This document shows, one piece after another, positions 37,001 to 44,671 of a DNA stretch of 64,000 nucleotides (positions are counted from its first letter, which is position 1; every line of letters begins with the position of its first letter). The notes under the pieces are model-generated. The model worked only from the letters and a program-made list of their open reading frames with translations. It ran no database searches and was not told where the DNA came from. The position numbers were made by a program, and so were the translations under genes. Location: UHGV virus genome UHGV-0020019. One strand, written 5' to 3'. The DNA comes from a virus.

Positions 37001-38419
37001 ATTAGGATTATAAGCTACCTTATAAGGACTGCTTCCAATCTTCTCATATTGCTTCTGTTCATTTTCATCGAGAGTTCCAAACTGTTCAGCTCTAGTCCAG
37101 TACTGAGGATTAAGTGTCATCCAGTCAATACCAAATGCTCCCTTAATATCACTACCATCAGGATTCTTTCCCATATTATGAAGAGTGGTATAATCTACCT
37201 GCATCTTATGGACAGAATGGAATGCTCCTTCACTATCTTTATAATGAAGACCTCCTTGTTTATCTCTTATGATTTTAGTCTTGTTAGGATCAAGAACATT
37301 ACCTTTATCATCTACCATTACAATAGGCTTTTCTGCATAAGCATCCTGACCTGCTCTATATAATTCTGCAATACCATTCAATTTATCAGCAGAATAACTC
37401 ATAGCAGAAATACCTACATCTTTAGCAAATAAACCAAATTTTTTAAGGCTGCCTTGATGCTCTTTGATATACCTCTTAGCTTCATTATTTAAAGCTGAAG
37501 CTGCCATATCAGGTGACATGTTAGCTTCATATACTTTCTTTTTAGCAAGTATCTGACGCATATCATCAATGCTAAAGTTCTTCATCTCTGAAGTAATCTG
37601 GTTTTCAGAACCATTGCCATAATGAGAGGCAAACTCAGATATACCCATATTGGTCATACCATTCTTATCTTTATAGCTTCCAGGAGTAATAGCCTGTACA
37701 AAAGCTTCCTTTACCTGTTTATCACTAAGTCCTGTAATATATGGATCATTAAGATAAGTTTGAGATACCTGATAACCTAAGTTCTTTGCATGATTATCTA
37801 CATCATCATTATAGATTTTTTCAAGAATCCTTTGATTTTTATCAAAGGCTAATTTTCTTCCTGATTCCTCACTACCTGCAAAAGACTGAGGAGCACTAGC
37901 TGCTTGCATGGAGACTCCTAGAGGCATGAAAGCCCCCTGTCCACTATTCATGTGAACTGTTTCCCTAGCTTTTATGTCTTTGTTCCATTTATCTTCAAAT
38001 TCTTTAGGAGTAAGATAATTACTCTCCATAAGTTTAAGCTTAGCATCAGTAGAAAGCTGATTATACTTTTCAAAATCAGCTCCTAAGCCTTTATTGTTGT
38101 CTCTAGTACCATCAGCATTAATAGGACTATATAATTTAGTAAATTCAGTGTTGACTATATCATCCTTATATAAGGTGTTACGCACATCTATATCTGGTAT
38201 AGCTTTGAATTTCTCAATACCATACTTATCAATAAATTGCTTGTTTGAATAGAGATTATTGATATACACAGGATCATACCCATGCTGTGAAATCAAATCC
38301 CTATTCTTATTTATAAAACTATCATATTGAGCTTTTGAAAGACTTTTTAGTCCTTGTAAGCCTCGTAATCCTTGCAGTTTATCTATTGACATAACTTCTA
38401 TATTAATTTTTATTTGCAA
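31067..38419 (-). CDS. giant virion/cargo-type protein (2450 aa), function unknown
   Basis: Uninterrupted 7.35-kb ORF. Long coiled-coil, K/E-rich segments (e.g. 'REKEEKKKKEEEKKRAEDEAKKAAEKK'). Gly-rich hydrophobic tape-measure-like stretch 'FGIGTVGKFLSTASKVGKLARGFGKVLDTTGKLLTAETKVGQVAQGTAGALGIAYAY'. The track start is a TTG; the first ATG (MSIDKLQGL) lies 27 nt downstream near 38392 and is the more likely start. Confidence 0.7.
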   Translation of the reverse strand: MQIKINIEVMSIDKLQGLRGLQGLKSLSKAQYDSFINKNRDLISQHGYDPVYINNLYSNKQFIDKYGIEKFKAIPDIDVRNTLYKDDIVNTEFTKLYSPINADGTRDNNKGLGADFEKYNQLSTDAKLKLMESNYLTPKEFEDKWNKDIKARETVHMNSGQGAFMPLGVSMQAASAPQSFAGSEESGRKLAFDKNQRILEKIYNDDVDNHAKNLGYQVSQTYLNDPYITGLSDKQVKEAFVQAITPGSYKDKNGMTNMGISEFASHYGNGSENQITSEMKNFSIDDMRQILAKKKVYEANMSPDMAASALNNEAKRYIKEHQGSLKKFGLFAKDVGISAMSYSADKLNGIAELYRAGQDAYAEKPIVMVDDKGNVLDPNKTKIIRDKQGGLHYKDSEGAFHSVHKMQVDYTTLHNMGKNPDGSDIKGAFGIDWMTLNPQYWTRAEQFGTLDENEQKQYEKIGSSPYKVAYNPNEDSDLWYESFKMMSFGLADASAQVIPFGIGTVGKFLSTASKVGKLARGFGKVLDTTGKLLTAETKVGQVAQGTAGALGIAYAYNRGTFQETLQQNLANAEEAAMTASRNDIYNQYNTDKNYKASVDRLIKARAAGLKAEYIAQMHRDGGMQIADEKALDKMLHAKAQEAVLGELVQNRIKERMSSKEYANLQQKAIDGAGDAAFNTFWPEAIKYGFVNTMGYRKFLYTNPAGLSKKMSTTLKGLKEVTTAEGRKRLTTDISKFLTRADKWKEFGKTLGSQAWGGFWTNGTDDMQVDAAERINEDSFNRYLHSYQNGEALANTYGFADGMYSYIKGLQNSMGQETTWNAGTVGALGSIVNFTPNFANLARLATKEGRESYKNNFRREIERDENGNPLKNEDGSVKYKDLGKWNDWRGQMNYFIQNGVLNTYYGKKQTERDLRSHADYVNNLLDEYNDFVDIEHLIASNIASENVESLGDQKTIDFIKALHAVNTLDKLGEDSNDPTTMSSVVQNAKTLIEKASQLNLEEGKNPFSEEEISNLLSQYYASHPDIEQDEYTSQKALYEIAQNAQKLQKASEAFNKAEDEIQKIEKNNGISISPEVRTKMKVQQALNGHWEERREKMQSEIDDSSSMDTPKDARINIASVGGVKNAQSLVKVYDKQKAEIEKELEEQRKKTESLDKEYIKAIDESKQARREGNSDAILTAQNKQKDTKAKLDASKEQESYLEDLIYRTSIKSNELQFSMRNLETDAFKDTKDKVLTADEIFSLDPVTRARIMKAENRELYSKEQQREIEKLEKELLMKDADALQKVQDIALLTQRIDANQDAYSRMARNPEAAAVELEAQRAQAAEAAYKLINQRNAETIVDYINEFDKGMKGHTDITEEAKNQFVFKTLRKLNSTLLDTIDEDTLLPQYQQQVADAKEWGKTVDDIMAVISQSDRDDTWKENTLKNIDTIVENSNNKSEILDSLEKVIDDVNNPDATSSLEYVLNGLENLGYQRNASIVEARKERLQREKEEKKKKEEEKKRAEDEAKKAAEKKTNENIPTKEGLNESSLEDVPFDFSDEKEGKDEEKAIDKIKSPQVIEEEDLQQTDDSIKNANSLMDDDLNNGSIDMGDMWYYTTESPKKGKLLVAKEDNKISFKVDGKDTSIEITPEEYETAKEEQKNRKNIPFIADSLEKIDGDWYFNGNFAGDKDKAQVKAKKGFNIDKAIERQQAANEADLAAKGIDTGNKNLFDNGDSVQGKSETIEEQLEDITSTDKEVHSSDDNVDVAELNGIGQHNIETSVTTLSGNAMSEYNPTVLQNDGIIERKKGSETNDNMNQYYSWMNAAGVKLQNIIDHELAKIIRRNPNAKVRFMAVKPEHNATNDVAMQSHLMLVLDYDNNINKGITAIHDDTNGGVIESNGKKYLIIGTAGYGNRNASKLALYDMLWNPYISEGLNLKKQRKQFFDAHPSERFYVNENLSTEIVPASLIPGYIVRQTENDNNSEFRSVMELLSDTARNPMHYDLDSVAWGIQEMSKFLVVGTSLDKVMIPRDPMGNLGSAFVLMPASNGKMVPSYLKVLKYNEMRDGSLKDKINTLLQEVTSPNYKTRLNAVIGLSKIFYFDKEGDTILLRKNRDEISLVHDGKVQKTFVLNDNFDRAEFMKNIQDMNPRINITASVLRDIPTLMEYDEAGALMTDAALFGTVGSSYSIYGLDGEGKRIKPESPTNDIPKSSNNSDFKNGDKSQVIFKHQYYREVNGVFSLNGEIVTDEATLKQLRYNKMLLDNQLSPSMTQGVWDYFILSEGETPRAIKVNRNTKEVKESSEEQARELIKKINEKEAKKLREQKAKEVIEETSKVKNVDLGEDILTVDPETGEIIQAEDSSSSTITEESTDEKTLLTKEKTSNKDDYTHTSSEALDNSEHKAATQKFSDLIKNKKYMLRVMKLVRNKWKDAPKKIADLEKFLKDKNVEVDAIGTSENDIEAWIRTIEDCR

Positions 38420-38709
38420 ATTTAATTAATTACTTAGATGTACTTCTATATTTTATGATGACTATTATTTAAACTAATGAACTTACTGAGTAGTTATAAA
38501 CTCTTTTTCTTTTCTTTAAATGCTTTGTTGCTTTCAAATTAAAACTTTTACCCTGTATATTTTATACAAATATATCAATTTAAAAGTATTCACAAAGTTT
38601 AACTGAAATAGTTTGCTCAAAATTAAGATTTTTGTGCAGAAAAGCTTAAATTTACAACATATAAAAATTAAATAACGGATATTTAACTTAAACAAAAGGA
38701 GATTTCAAT
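38420..38709. promoter_or_regulatory. 290-bp AT-rich divergent intergenic region (start of the 2450-aa gene on - and the membrane-protein/HTH operon on +)
   Basis: No ORF. A- and T-tracts. Contains 'gatttttgtgcagaaaag' near 38629-38644, resembling the 'tctttgtgcaaaaa' promoter context at 26617. Confidence 0.35.
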
Positions 38710-39273
38710 ATGCAAGAAAGGAGAAAGGGTAGTAGTATGCCTACTGCAAGTGAGAAAGCAATTTGGACATTATATCATTGGGGTGCTATATTTACTCCTA
38801 TAGGTATAATGCTTTCTCACTGGTACATATTTTATGTATTTAGTCAGAATAACTATGAGTTGATGCATTACTCACCTGCTAATGAAATATGTATAGCTTG
38901 GATATATACAATATTGTACTTGGTTGTACCTATAGTATTACTGCCTGCCAGTTATCTGTTCAGATGGTGCAATCTTTTCAGAGTACCATTTATTTACTTT
39001 ATATTTATTAATGTAGAAAGATTATATTATGGTTCTTGGTTCTGTACAAATGAAATGATAGATACTCACTATATCCTCATCTATTGTATTATATGTATAT
39101 ATGGTTTGGAACTTATTGGATTAACTTTAAAATACCAGAAGGATATTAATAGAAATATTAAGCTTTTTAAGATTTATCTTTTAAGAAGAACTAAAAAAAT
39201 GTTTACTGGTAGCCATGCTAGTGATAATATGTGTGATGAGATTATAGATATAATTGAAAAGAAACATGCCTAA
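38710..39273 (+). CDS. integral membrane protein (187 aa, ~4 TM helices)
   Basis: Four hydrophobic segments: 'AIFTPIGIMLSHWYIFYVF', 'ICIAWIYTILYLVVPIVLLPA', 'VPFIYFIFINV' and 'ILIYCIICIYGLELIGL'. First gene after the divergent region. A holin or superinfection-exclusion role is possible but unproven. Confidence 0.45.
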   Translation: MQERRKGSSMPTASEKAIWTLYHWGAIFTPIGIMLSHWYIFYVFSQNNYELMHYSPANEICIAWIYTILYLVVPIVLLPASYLFRWCNLFRVPFIYFIFINVERLYYGSWFCTNEMIDTHYILIYCIICIYGLELIGLTLKYQKDINRNIKLFKIYLLRRTKKMFTGSHASDNMCDEIIDIIEKKHA

Positions 39274-39605
39274 TGGATTTAAGAGAACAATTTTTATGTA
39301 ATGCCTTAGATAGATTTAAAGAGATGATAACCAATGGAGATTGTTCTAAGGCTGATATTACTTATTTTTGCAATCTATCTAAATATGAATTGGATAGAAG
39401 AGGAGCTGCTATAGACAAGAAAGGATGGCTTACAAAGATAGAAGCCAGTCAAATGCTTGGAGTTAGTACTTCCACCTTTGACAGAATGATTCTTAAAGGT
39501 GTATTACCAAGAGGGAAGAAGGTTGTTCATCAGAAATGTTTAATGTGGAAATGTGATGATATTGAGCAATTAAAACATATAATGTTGCTCAATGCAAATA
39601 GTTAA
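39273..39605 (+). CDS. helix-turn-helix DNA-binding protein, Xis/AlpA (HTH_17, MerR-like) family
   Basis: 'WLTKIEASQMLGVSTSTFDRMILKGVLPRGKKVVHQKCLMWKCDDIEQL' follows the excisionase/AlpA pattern (ltv.EaA..LgvS..Tiyr.i..G.lP..k.G....f...di..w). Its ATG overlaps the upstream stop (taATGg). Confidence 0.55.
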   Translation: MDLREQFLCNALDRFKEMITNGDCSKADITYFCNLSKYELDRRGAAIDKKGWLTKIEASQMLGVSTSTFDRMILKGVLPRGKKVVHQKCLMWKCDDIEQLKHIMLLNANS

Positions 39606-39663
39606 TAGATAAAGGGTTAAGTGTAGAGCTTGAGCAATGTTTATTGTTCAAGCTTTTTTGTTA

Positions 39664-39671
39664 TATCTTTG
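39664..39671 (+). promoter_or_regulatory. Bacteroidetes-type -7 element 'tatctttg'
   Basis: Exact TAnnTTTG 44 nt upstream of the ATG at 39715. Confidence 0.3.
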
Positions 39672-39714
39672 CTACAGTAATCGATTACATAGTGTTTTTA
39701 AATCTAATATTTAA

Positions 39715-40503
39715 TTGCTTAATAAAGATTGTATCATGGATATGACAAATGAGAAAGTAGTAGAGAAGAAAGTCTACGAAAACAAGAAGGATGAATATGC
39801 ATCTAAAGGTGTTGCTGGTACAGCCCTTGGCTTGGGTATAGCTGGCACTGCTCTTGGTGTATTGCCTTGGCTTACAGGTAATGGTGGTCGCAACATCTTT
39901 GGTTCACTTGGTAATAGTATGCCAGATAATGTTAATATTAACACCTATGGTGGTATGACTACAAGTAATGCTGCTCCTACAGCCCTTGAGGTAATGCAGA
40001 AAGAGTGTTCTGATGAAGTAAGGTTGCTTACTGACATGTTTACTTTGAAGTTGAATACTCAGCAGCAGATGTATGACCATCGAGATACTGACATCAATGA
40101 GAAGTTTAGTATGTGGAAAGGCTTTGTAAATGCATTAGATGCTGAGAATAGGAGAAGTATGGAGGCAGAGTTTGGTCTCTATAAGTCTCAAAGGGATGCT
40201 GATGATCACTTGAAGGATGCTATGGTAGCTCAGGGATTCTCTCTTTACAAGAATCAGCGTGATGGCTTTGATGCTCTCAATGAGAAGTATGCAGCAAAGT
40301 TCAATGAGCTTGATAAGGAAGTAGCAGTACTGAAGGCTATACGTCCATATCAGGATAAGTTGTTGATGGATTATACTGACAAGAAGACTTGCACCTGCAT
40401 TAGAGGACAGCTTGTATTGCCTAATACTCCTGTAATCAATGGCTATGGAAGCTATAATGGATGCAACTGTGTGAGTAGTGCAACTCCCACCACTGGTGCC
40501 TAG
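39715..40503 (+). CDS. hypothetical protein (262 aa) with an N-terminal Gly/Ala-rich hydrophobic segment and an internal 'LYK[SN]QRD' repeat
   Basis: GC-richer, high-expression-like codon usage (ctt/ggt/gct). 'GVAGTALGLGIAGTALGVLPWL' is TM-like. Repeat 'FGLYKSQRDADDH...FSLYKNQRDGFDA'. Cys-rich C-terminus 'CTCIRG...GCNC'. Confidence 0.4.
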   Translation: MLNKDCIMDMTNEKVVEKKVYENKKDEYASKGVAGTALGLGIAGTALGVLPWLTGNGGRNIFGSLGNSMPDNVNINTYGGMTTSNAAPTALEVMQKECSDEVRLLTDMFTLKLNTQQQMYDHRDTDINEKFSMWKGFVNALDAENRRSMEAEFGLYKSQRDADDHLKDAMVAQGFSLYKNQRDGFDALNEKYAAKFNELDKEVAVLKAIRPYQDKLLMDYTDKKTCTCIRGQLVLPNTPVINGYGSYNGCNCVSSATPTTGA

Positions 40504-40613
40504 GCAGAAAGCTTCTAAGAAAGGAGCTAAGAGAAAATAAGACAGGTGTGAGATACTATTAAAAGGTATCTCCACCTTTCTAAAATAAGTATCAATTTTA
40601 AATAGATGTTAGT

Positions 40614-41099
40614 ATGAATTTTACAGCAGACCCTATATTAGGAGGACAACAAAGTCAGCAGGATACACTTAGTCAGATGAATGAGTGGGCACAGAAGTTT
40701 GCAGAGTTACAGAAGCAGAAAGGTAATTTCAATATGCAACCTCAGCAATCAAAAACTCCTACTTGGGATGAGATAGATAAGATAATGGATAGTCTTACAG
40801 ATACCCAGAAGAATTATCTTAACCAAAACCAAGACTTTGTAGAGAGTTATCAAGATGTAGCCAATATTCTACAGAGAGAAGAACTTAGAATTATCAGACC
40901 TCTTGTAGAACAAACTAAAGATGGTAAGGAAGCTTTAGATAGACACCTGGCACTTATCAAGAAATTAAAGAAGAGTGCTATGCAGGCAGAAGAAGAGAAG
41001 ACTGCTTTATGGAATGAATATATGACCAACTATAGTGATATGACTTTCAAGGACTTTATGACAATGAAGAAGCAAGATAAGAAAGGAGGCTCTAAATGA
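40614..41099 (+). CDS. hypothetical protein (161 aa)
   Basis: ORF in the co-oriented block, Q-rich. Confidence 0.35.
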   Translation: MNFTADPILGGQQSQQDTLSQMNEWAQKFAELQKQKGNFNMQPQQSKTPTWDEIDKIMDSLTDTQKNYLNQNQDFVESYQDVANILQREELRIIRPLVEQTKDGKEALDRHLALIKKLKKSAMQAEEEKTALWNEYMTNYSDMTFKDFMTMKKQDKKGGSK

Positions 41100-41527
41100 A
41101 TATACCTACACTTAAAGAGAAAATGCTTAGTAGCTTAGATATTTGGCTAAAAGAACGTATTGATGAAATGGTAAGTGATAATCCCACTTTAGCAGTATCT
41201 TCAGTCTATATTAAGCGTGGATGTCATAACATCCTTAAAAAATATGAGGGAAAGATAAGTCAAAGTATTGATAATGCAGCCTTATTCCTTGCAGATGAGA
41301 AGGGGGACATCAATACCAATACATTGTTTGCAGATGTAATTGAACTCTTCAAAGGACTTGAGGATAGCCCCTTTGATATAGGATTGGTTCAAGGTGTAGT
41401 TGGCAAGGGGAAAATTTCCATAACATTGCCAGACAACATTTTTACTAACATCATATTTGGTAATAAGAAAACTATCACATTCAATGAGAAAGACTTCTTG
41501 GAATTGAAGGCTTTGCTTGTTGAATAA
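41096..41527 (+). CDS. hypothetical protein (143 aa)
   Basis: ATGA overlap with the upstream gene. Confidence 0.35.
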   Translation: MNIPTLKEKMLSSLDIWLKERIDEMVSDNPTLAVSSVYIKRGCHNILKKYEGKISQSIDNAALFLADEKGDINTNTLFADVIELFKGLEDSPFDIGLVQGVVGKGKISITLPDNIFTNIIFGNKKTITFNEKDFLELKALLVE

Positions 41528-41542
41528 TAAATACTTAGAGAT

Positions 41543-42046
41543 ATGGAACAGAAAGAAATAATGAATATGTTTGATAAGCTCTATACCAAGATGAGCACAT
41601 CCAGTGACCCTAATAATATGCATATCTTTGGTAATACTATGAAGAGTATGTTTAAAGATATGATAGAATTGAGACCAGACGTAGCTCAGGAATATCTTGA
41701 TAAACTTGAAGCTATCAATTGGAAGAATTATCTGTCTAAGAAGGAAGCTATAACCATAGTAAATAGTATGGAACCTTCAGGAGGTTGGGATGTTTCAGAA
41801 TGGGAGAGATGTATGAAGAATCTGGATTTCCGTACTGAGGATTCTCCTTATTATAATAAGTGGGCTATGTATGTTGCAATGAATATGATCTACTCTGATA
41901 GTGCCAGTACTATTGCTAAAATTGCAGGTAAGAGTCTTTCTGAAATGCCTAGAGAAGAAATATTCAAGGCAATACATTGTCTAGCTTTAGATAAACTAAA
42001 AGATAAAGATGGTATGTTTGACATACGAGCATACTTTCATGTATAA
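41543..42046 (+). CDS. hypothetical protein (167 aa)
   Basis: ORF in the co-oriented block. Confidence 0.35.
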   Translation: MEQKEIMNMFDKLYTKMSTSSDPNNMHIFGNTMKSMFKDMIELRPDVAQEYLDKLEAINWKNYLSKKEAITIVNSMEPSGGWDVSEWERCMKNLDFRTEDSPYYNKWAMYVAMNMIYSDSASTIAKIAGKSLSEMPREEIFKAIHCLALDKLKDKDGMFDIRAYFHV

Positions 42047-42188
42047 AGAATTTACATCATAAGATTTACTGTTTGTGTTAAGGAGGGGATTCTACTAAGA
42101 GTCTTCTCCTTTTTATATTATATTAGTCAGTTGATTTAGAGTAACTTAGGGAAAATGTTAGATACCTTATATTGATTACTTCTTTTGT

Positions 42189-42196
42189 TATCTTTG
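42189..42196 (+). promoter_or_regulatory. Bacteroidetes-type -7 element 'tatctttg' followed by 'caaataaag' upstream of the portal gene
   Basis: Exact TAnnTTTG 29 nt upstream of the ATG at 42225. Confidence 0.4.
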
Positions 42197-42224
42197 CAAA
42201 TAAAGAAAATAAAGAAATATAAAT

Positions 42225-44642
42225 ATGGCATGTAACGCAATAGGTGGATTCCCATCACAACAGTTGTCTTTTTCTAAAAAAGGGAAGAAGTTTAGAAAAG
42301 CTTGCGTGGATTTTGGAGATAATCATAGTTTACTTCATTATCATTTGACCAGAAAGTCTGTTGCTGCAATGAAGATAAACAAAGACTTGATTAATGGTCA
42401 GATACACATGAGTGACTTGAAGTTATTTCTTAATCCTTATAGTATTGATGCATCCTTTATTCCTGACAGTATACAGCATTATCCTATCATTAACTCTAAG
42501 TTGGCAGTACTTAGAGGTGAGGAATCAAGGAGATTATTTGATTTCAGAGTAGTAGTTACCAATCCTACTGCTGTATCAGAGATGGAAGAGGAGAAGAATA
42601 ATCAAGTAAATATGATGCTTCAGCAGTTAATGATGGATGATTCAATGAATGAGGAAGATTTTAATCAAGAACTACAAAAGCAGTCTGGCTACTTTACCTA
42701 TGAGTATCAGGATAAGAGAGAAGTAAGAGGTAATCTCTTGCTTAATCACTATATGAAGGAACTGGATATTCCTCAGCTCTTTAATGAAGGTTTTGTAGAT
42801 GCTTATACTCATGGAGAAGAGGCTTATCTCTGTGACATTGTAGGAGGAGAACCTTATATAGAGAAGATTGACCCATTAAAGATGAGAGTCATTAAGTCTG
42901 GTTATTCCAATAAGATAGAAGATGCTGATATGATAGTCTTGGAAGACTATTGGAATCCAGGAAGAATTATTGATACTTACTATGATCAGCTTACTAAGAA
43001 AGACATAGAAGCCTTGGAGACTACTCCCAATAACATGAATGGTAACTATACTGATTCTCTTGACAACATTGATGCCAGGTATGGTCTTGTACCCAATATC
43101 AATATAGATACTACAGCTGGGGATGCAGTCTTCAATCCCCTTAGTCTGTTTGATGATACTATTGATACCACATATTTACCTTATGATATGAATGGCAATA
43201 TCAGAGTATTGAGGGTATATTGGAAATCAAGAAGACAGATAAAGAAGGTAAAGAGTTATGACCCTGAGACTGGGGAGGAAGAGTTTAACTTCTATCCTGA
43301 GACTTATCATTGTGATCCTTTGAAGGGTGAGGAAGAACAGACCTTCTGGATTAATGAAGCATGGGAAGGTACTAAGATAGGTAATGACATATATGTAAAT
43401 ATGAGACCAAGACCTATTCAGTATAATAGGTTGAGCAATCCTTCAAGATGCCACTTTGGTATTATTGGTAGTATTTACAGCACCAATGGAGATGTTCCTT
43501 TTTCTCTTGTAGATATAATGAAACCTTATGCTTACTTCTATGACATTATTCATGATAAGCTTATTAAGCTTCTTGCAAAGAATATGGGTAAACTTACTAG
43601 AATGGATCTTGCCAAAGTACCTAAAGGATGGGATGTAGATAAGTGGCTTTATTATTTAAATGTGAATGGTATTGCTGTAGAGGATAGTTTCAAGGAAGGT
43701 AACATAGGTGTAGCAACAGGTAAGCTTGCTGGTGCTATGAACAATGCTTCTTCTGGTGTTATTGATGCTTCCTTGGGTAATGAAATTCAGCAATATATTA
43801 ATCTCTTAGAGTGGATTATCAGTAAGGTAGGTGAGATGGCAGGCATCTCCAAACAGAGAGAAGGTCAGATTTCCAATAGAGAGACAGTTGGTGGAGTAGA
43901 GAGAGCTACCTTACAATCATCTATGATTACTGAAACTCTATTCTCTGTGCATGATAGTGTGAAGAAGAGAGTACTAGAATGCTTCTTAGAAACAGCTAAG
44001 ATAGCCCTTAGAGGTAGAAAGAAGAAATTTGATTATATCCTTGATGATGGTAGTAAAAAGCTAATGGAGATAGATGGTGATAAGTTTGCAGAATGTGACT
44101 ATGGTCTAGTAGTAGATAATAGTAATGGTACTCAGGAACTTAATCAGAAGATTGATACCTTGGCTCAGGCTGCTATTCAGAATCAGAATCTTGACTTCTC
44201 TATTATTATGAAGATATATACTACCAAGAGTACTGCTGAGAAGATTAGAATGGTTGAGAATAATGAGAAGCTGAGAAGAGAAGAAGCTATGCAGCAACAG
44301 CAGCAGCAACTTCAGTTACAGCAGGCTCAGTTACAGCAGCAGACAGAGCAAGCACAAGCTGAACAGGAACTTAAGTATAGAATGTTCCAAGAAGAAATGG
44401 AGAATAACTTGTTAGTTGCTCAGATAAATAGTAAGGCAGAAGCTGATAGATTACAGTTAATGGGTGGTGCTGATGCTATGACTATGGAACAGAAACTTAG
44501 TCTTGAAAGAGAAAAGCTTTCAGAGAATGCTAGACAGTTCAATGAGAAACTTGCTCTTGATAAGAAAGCACAAGCAGATGATGCTAGACTTAAAGAGCAG
44601 CAGATTAAAGTCTCTGCAAAGAAGAGTACAACAAAGAAGTAG
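42225..44642 (+). CDS. probable portal protein (805 aa)
   Basis: Size matches crAss-like and other large portals. Long central region with tunnel-loop-like 'GKLAGAMNNASSGVIDASLGNEIQQYINLLEWIISKVGEMAGISKQREGQ'. C-terminal Q-rich coiled-coil crown-like tail 'QQQQQQLQLQQAQLQQQTEQAQAEQE'. Confidence 0.55.
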   Translation: MACNAIGGFPSQQLSFSKKGKKFRKACVDFGDNHSLLHYHLTRKSVAAMKINKDLINGQIHMSDLKLFLNPYSIDASFIPDSIQHYPIINSKLAVLRGEESRRLFDFRVVVTNPTAVSEMEEEKNNQVNMMLQQLMMDDSMNEEDFNQELQKQSGYFTYEYQDKREVRGNLLLNHYMKELDIPQLFNEGFVDAYTHGEEAYLCDIVGGEPYIEKIDPLKMRVIKSGYSNKIEDADMIVLEDYWNPGRIIDTYYDQLTKKDIEALETTPNNMNGNYTDSLDNIDARYGLVPNINIDTTAGDAVFNPLSLFDDTIDTTYLPYDMNGNIRVLRVYWKSRRQIKKVKSYDPETGEEEFNFYPETYHCDPLKGEEEQTFWINEAWEGTKIGNDIYVNMRPRPIQYNRLSNPSRCHFGIIGSIYSTNGDVPFSLVDIMKPYAYFYDIIHDKLIKLLAKNMGKLTRMDLAKVPKGWDVDKWLYYLNVNGIAVEDSFKEGNIGVATGKLAGAMNNASSGVIDASLGNEIQQYINLLEWIISKVGEMAGISKQREGQISNRETVGGVERATLQSSMITETLFSVHDSVKKRVLECFLETAKIALRGRKKKFDYILDDGSKKLMEIDGDKFAECDYGLVVDNSNGTQELNQKIDTLAQAAIQNQNLDFSIIMKIYTTKSTAEKIRMVENNEKLRREEAMQQQQQQLQLQQAQLQQQTEQAQAEQELKYRMFQEEMENNLLVAQINSKAEADRLQLMGGADAMTMEQKLSLEREKLSENARQFNEKLALDKKAQADDARLKEQQIKVSAKKSTTKK

Positions 44643-44671
44643 AAGTGTATAATATATAAAGAGTAGAAGTT

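Noticed and set aside
31067-38419. Lytic transglycosylase (SLT) motif in the N-terminal region of the 2450-aa protein ('GMTNMGISEFASHYGNGSE')
   Set aside because: It lacks the catalytic E-S and the 'GA.GLMQ' signature. The resemblance is superficial.
38341-38419. Apparent frameshift or early stop when reading the raw sequence at the 5' end of the 2450-aa gene (and similarly near 49320)
   Set aside because: My by-eye reading of the printed bases disagrees by a single nucleotide with the supplied translation in two places, each time at a 60-nt line boundary. I attribute this to my transcription limits rather than to real pseudogenisation, and I trusted the ORF track.
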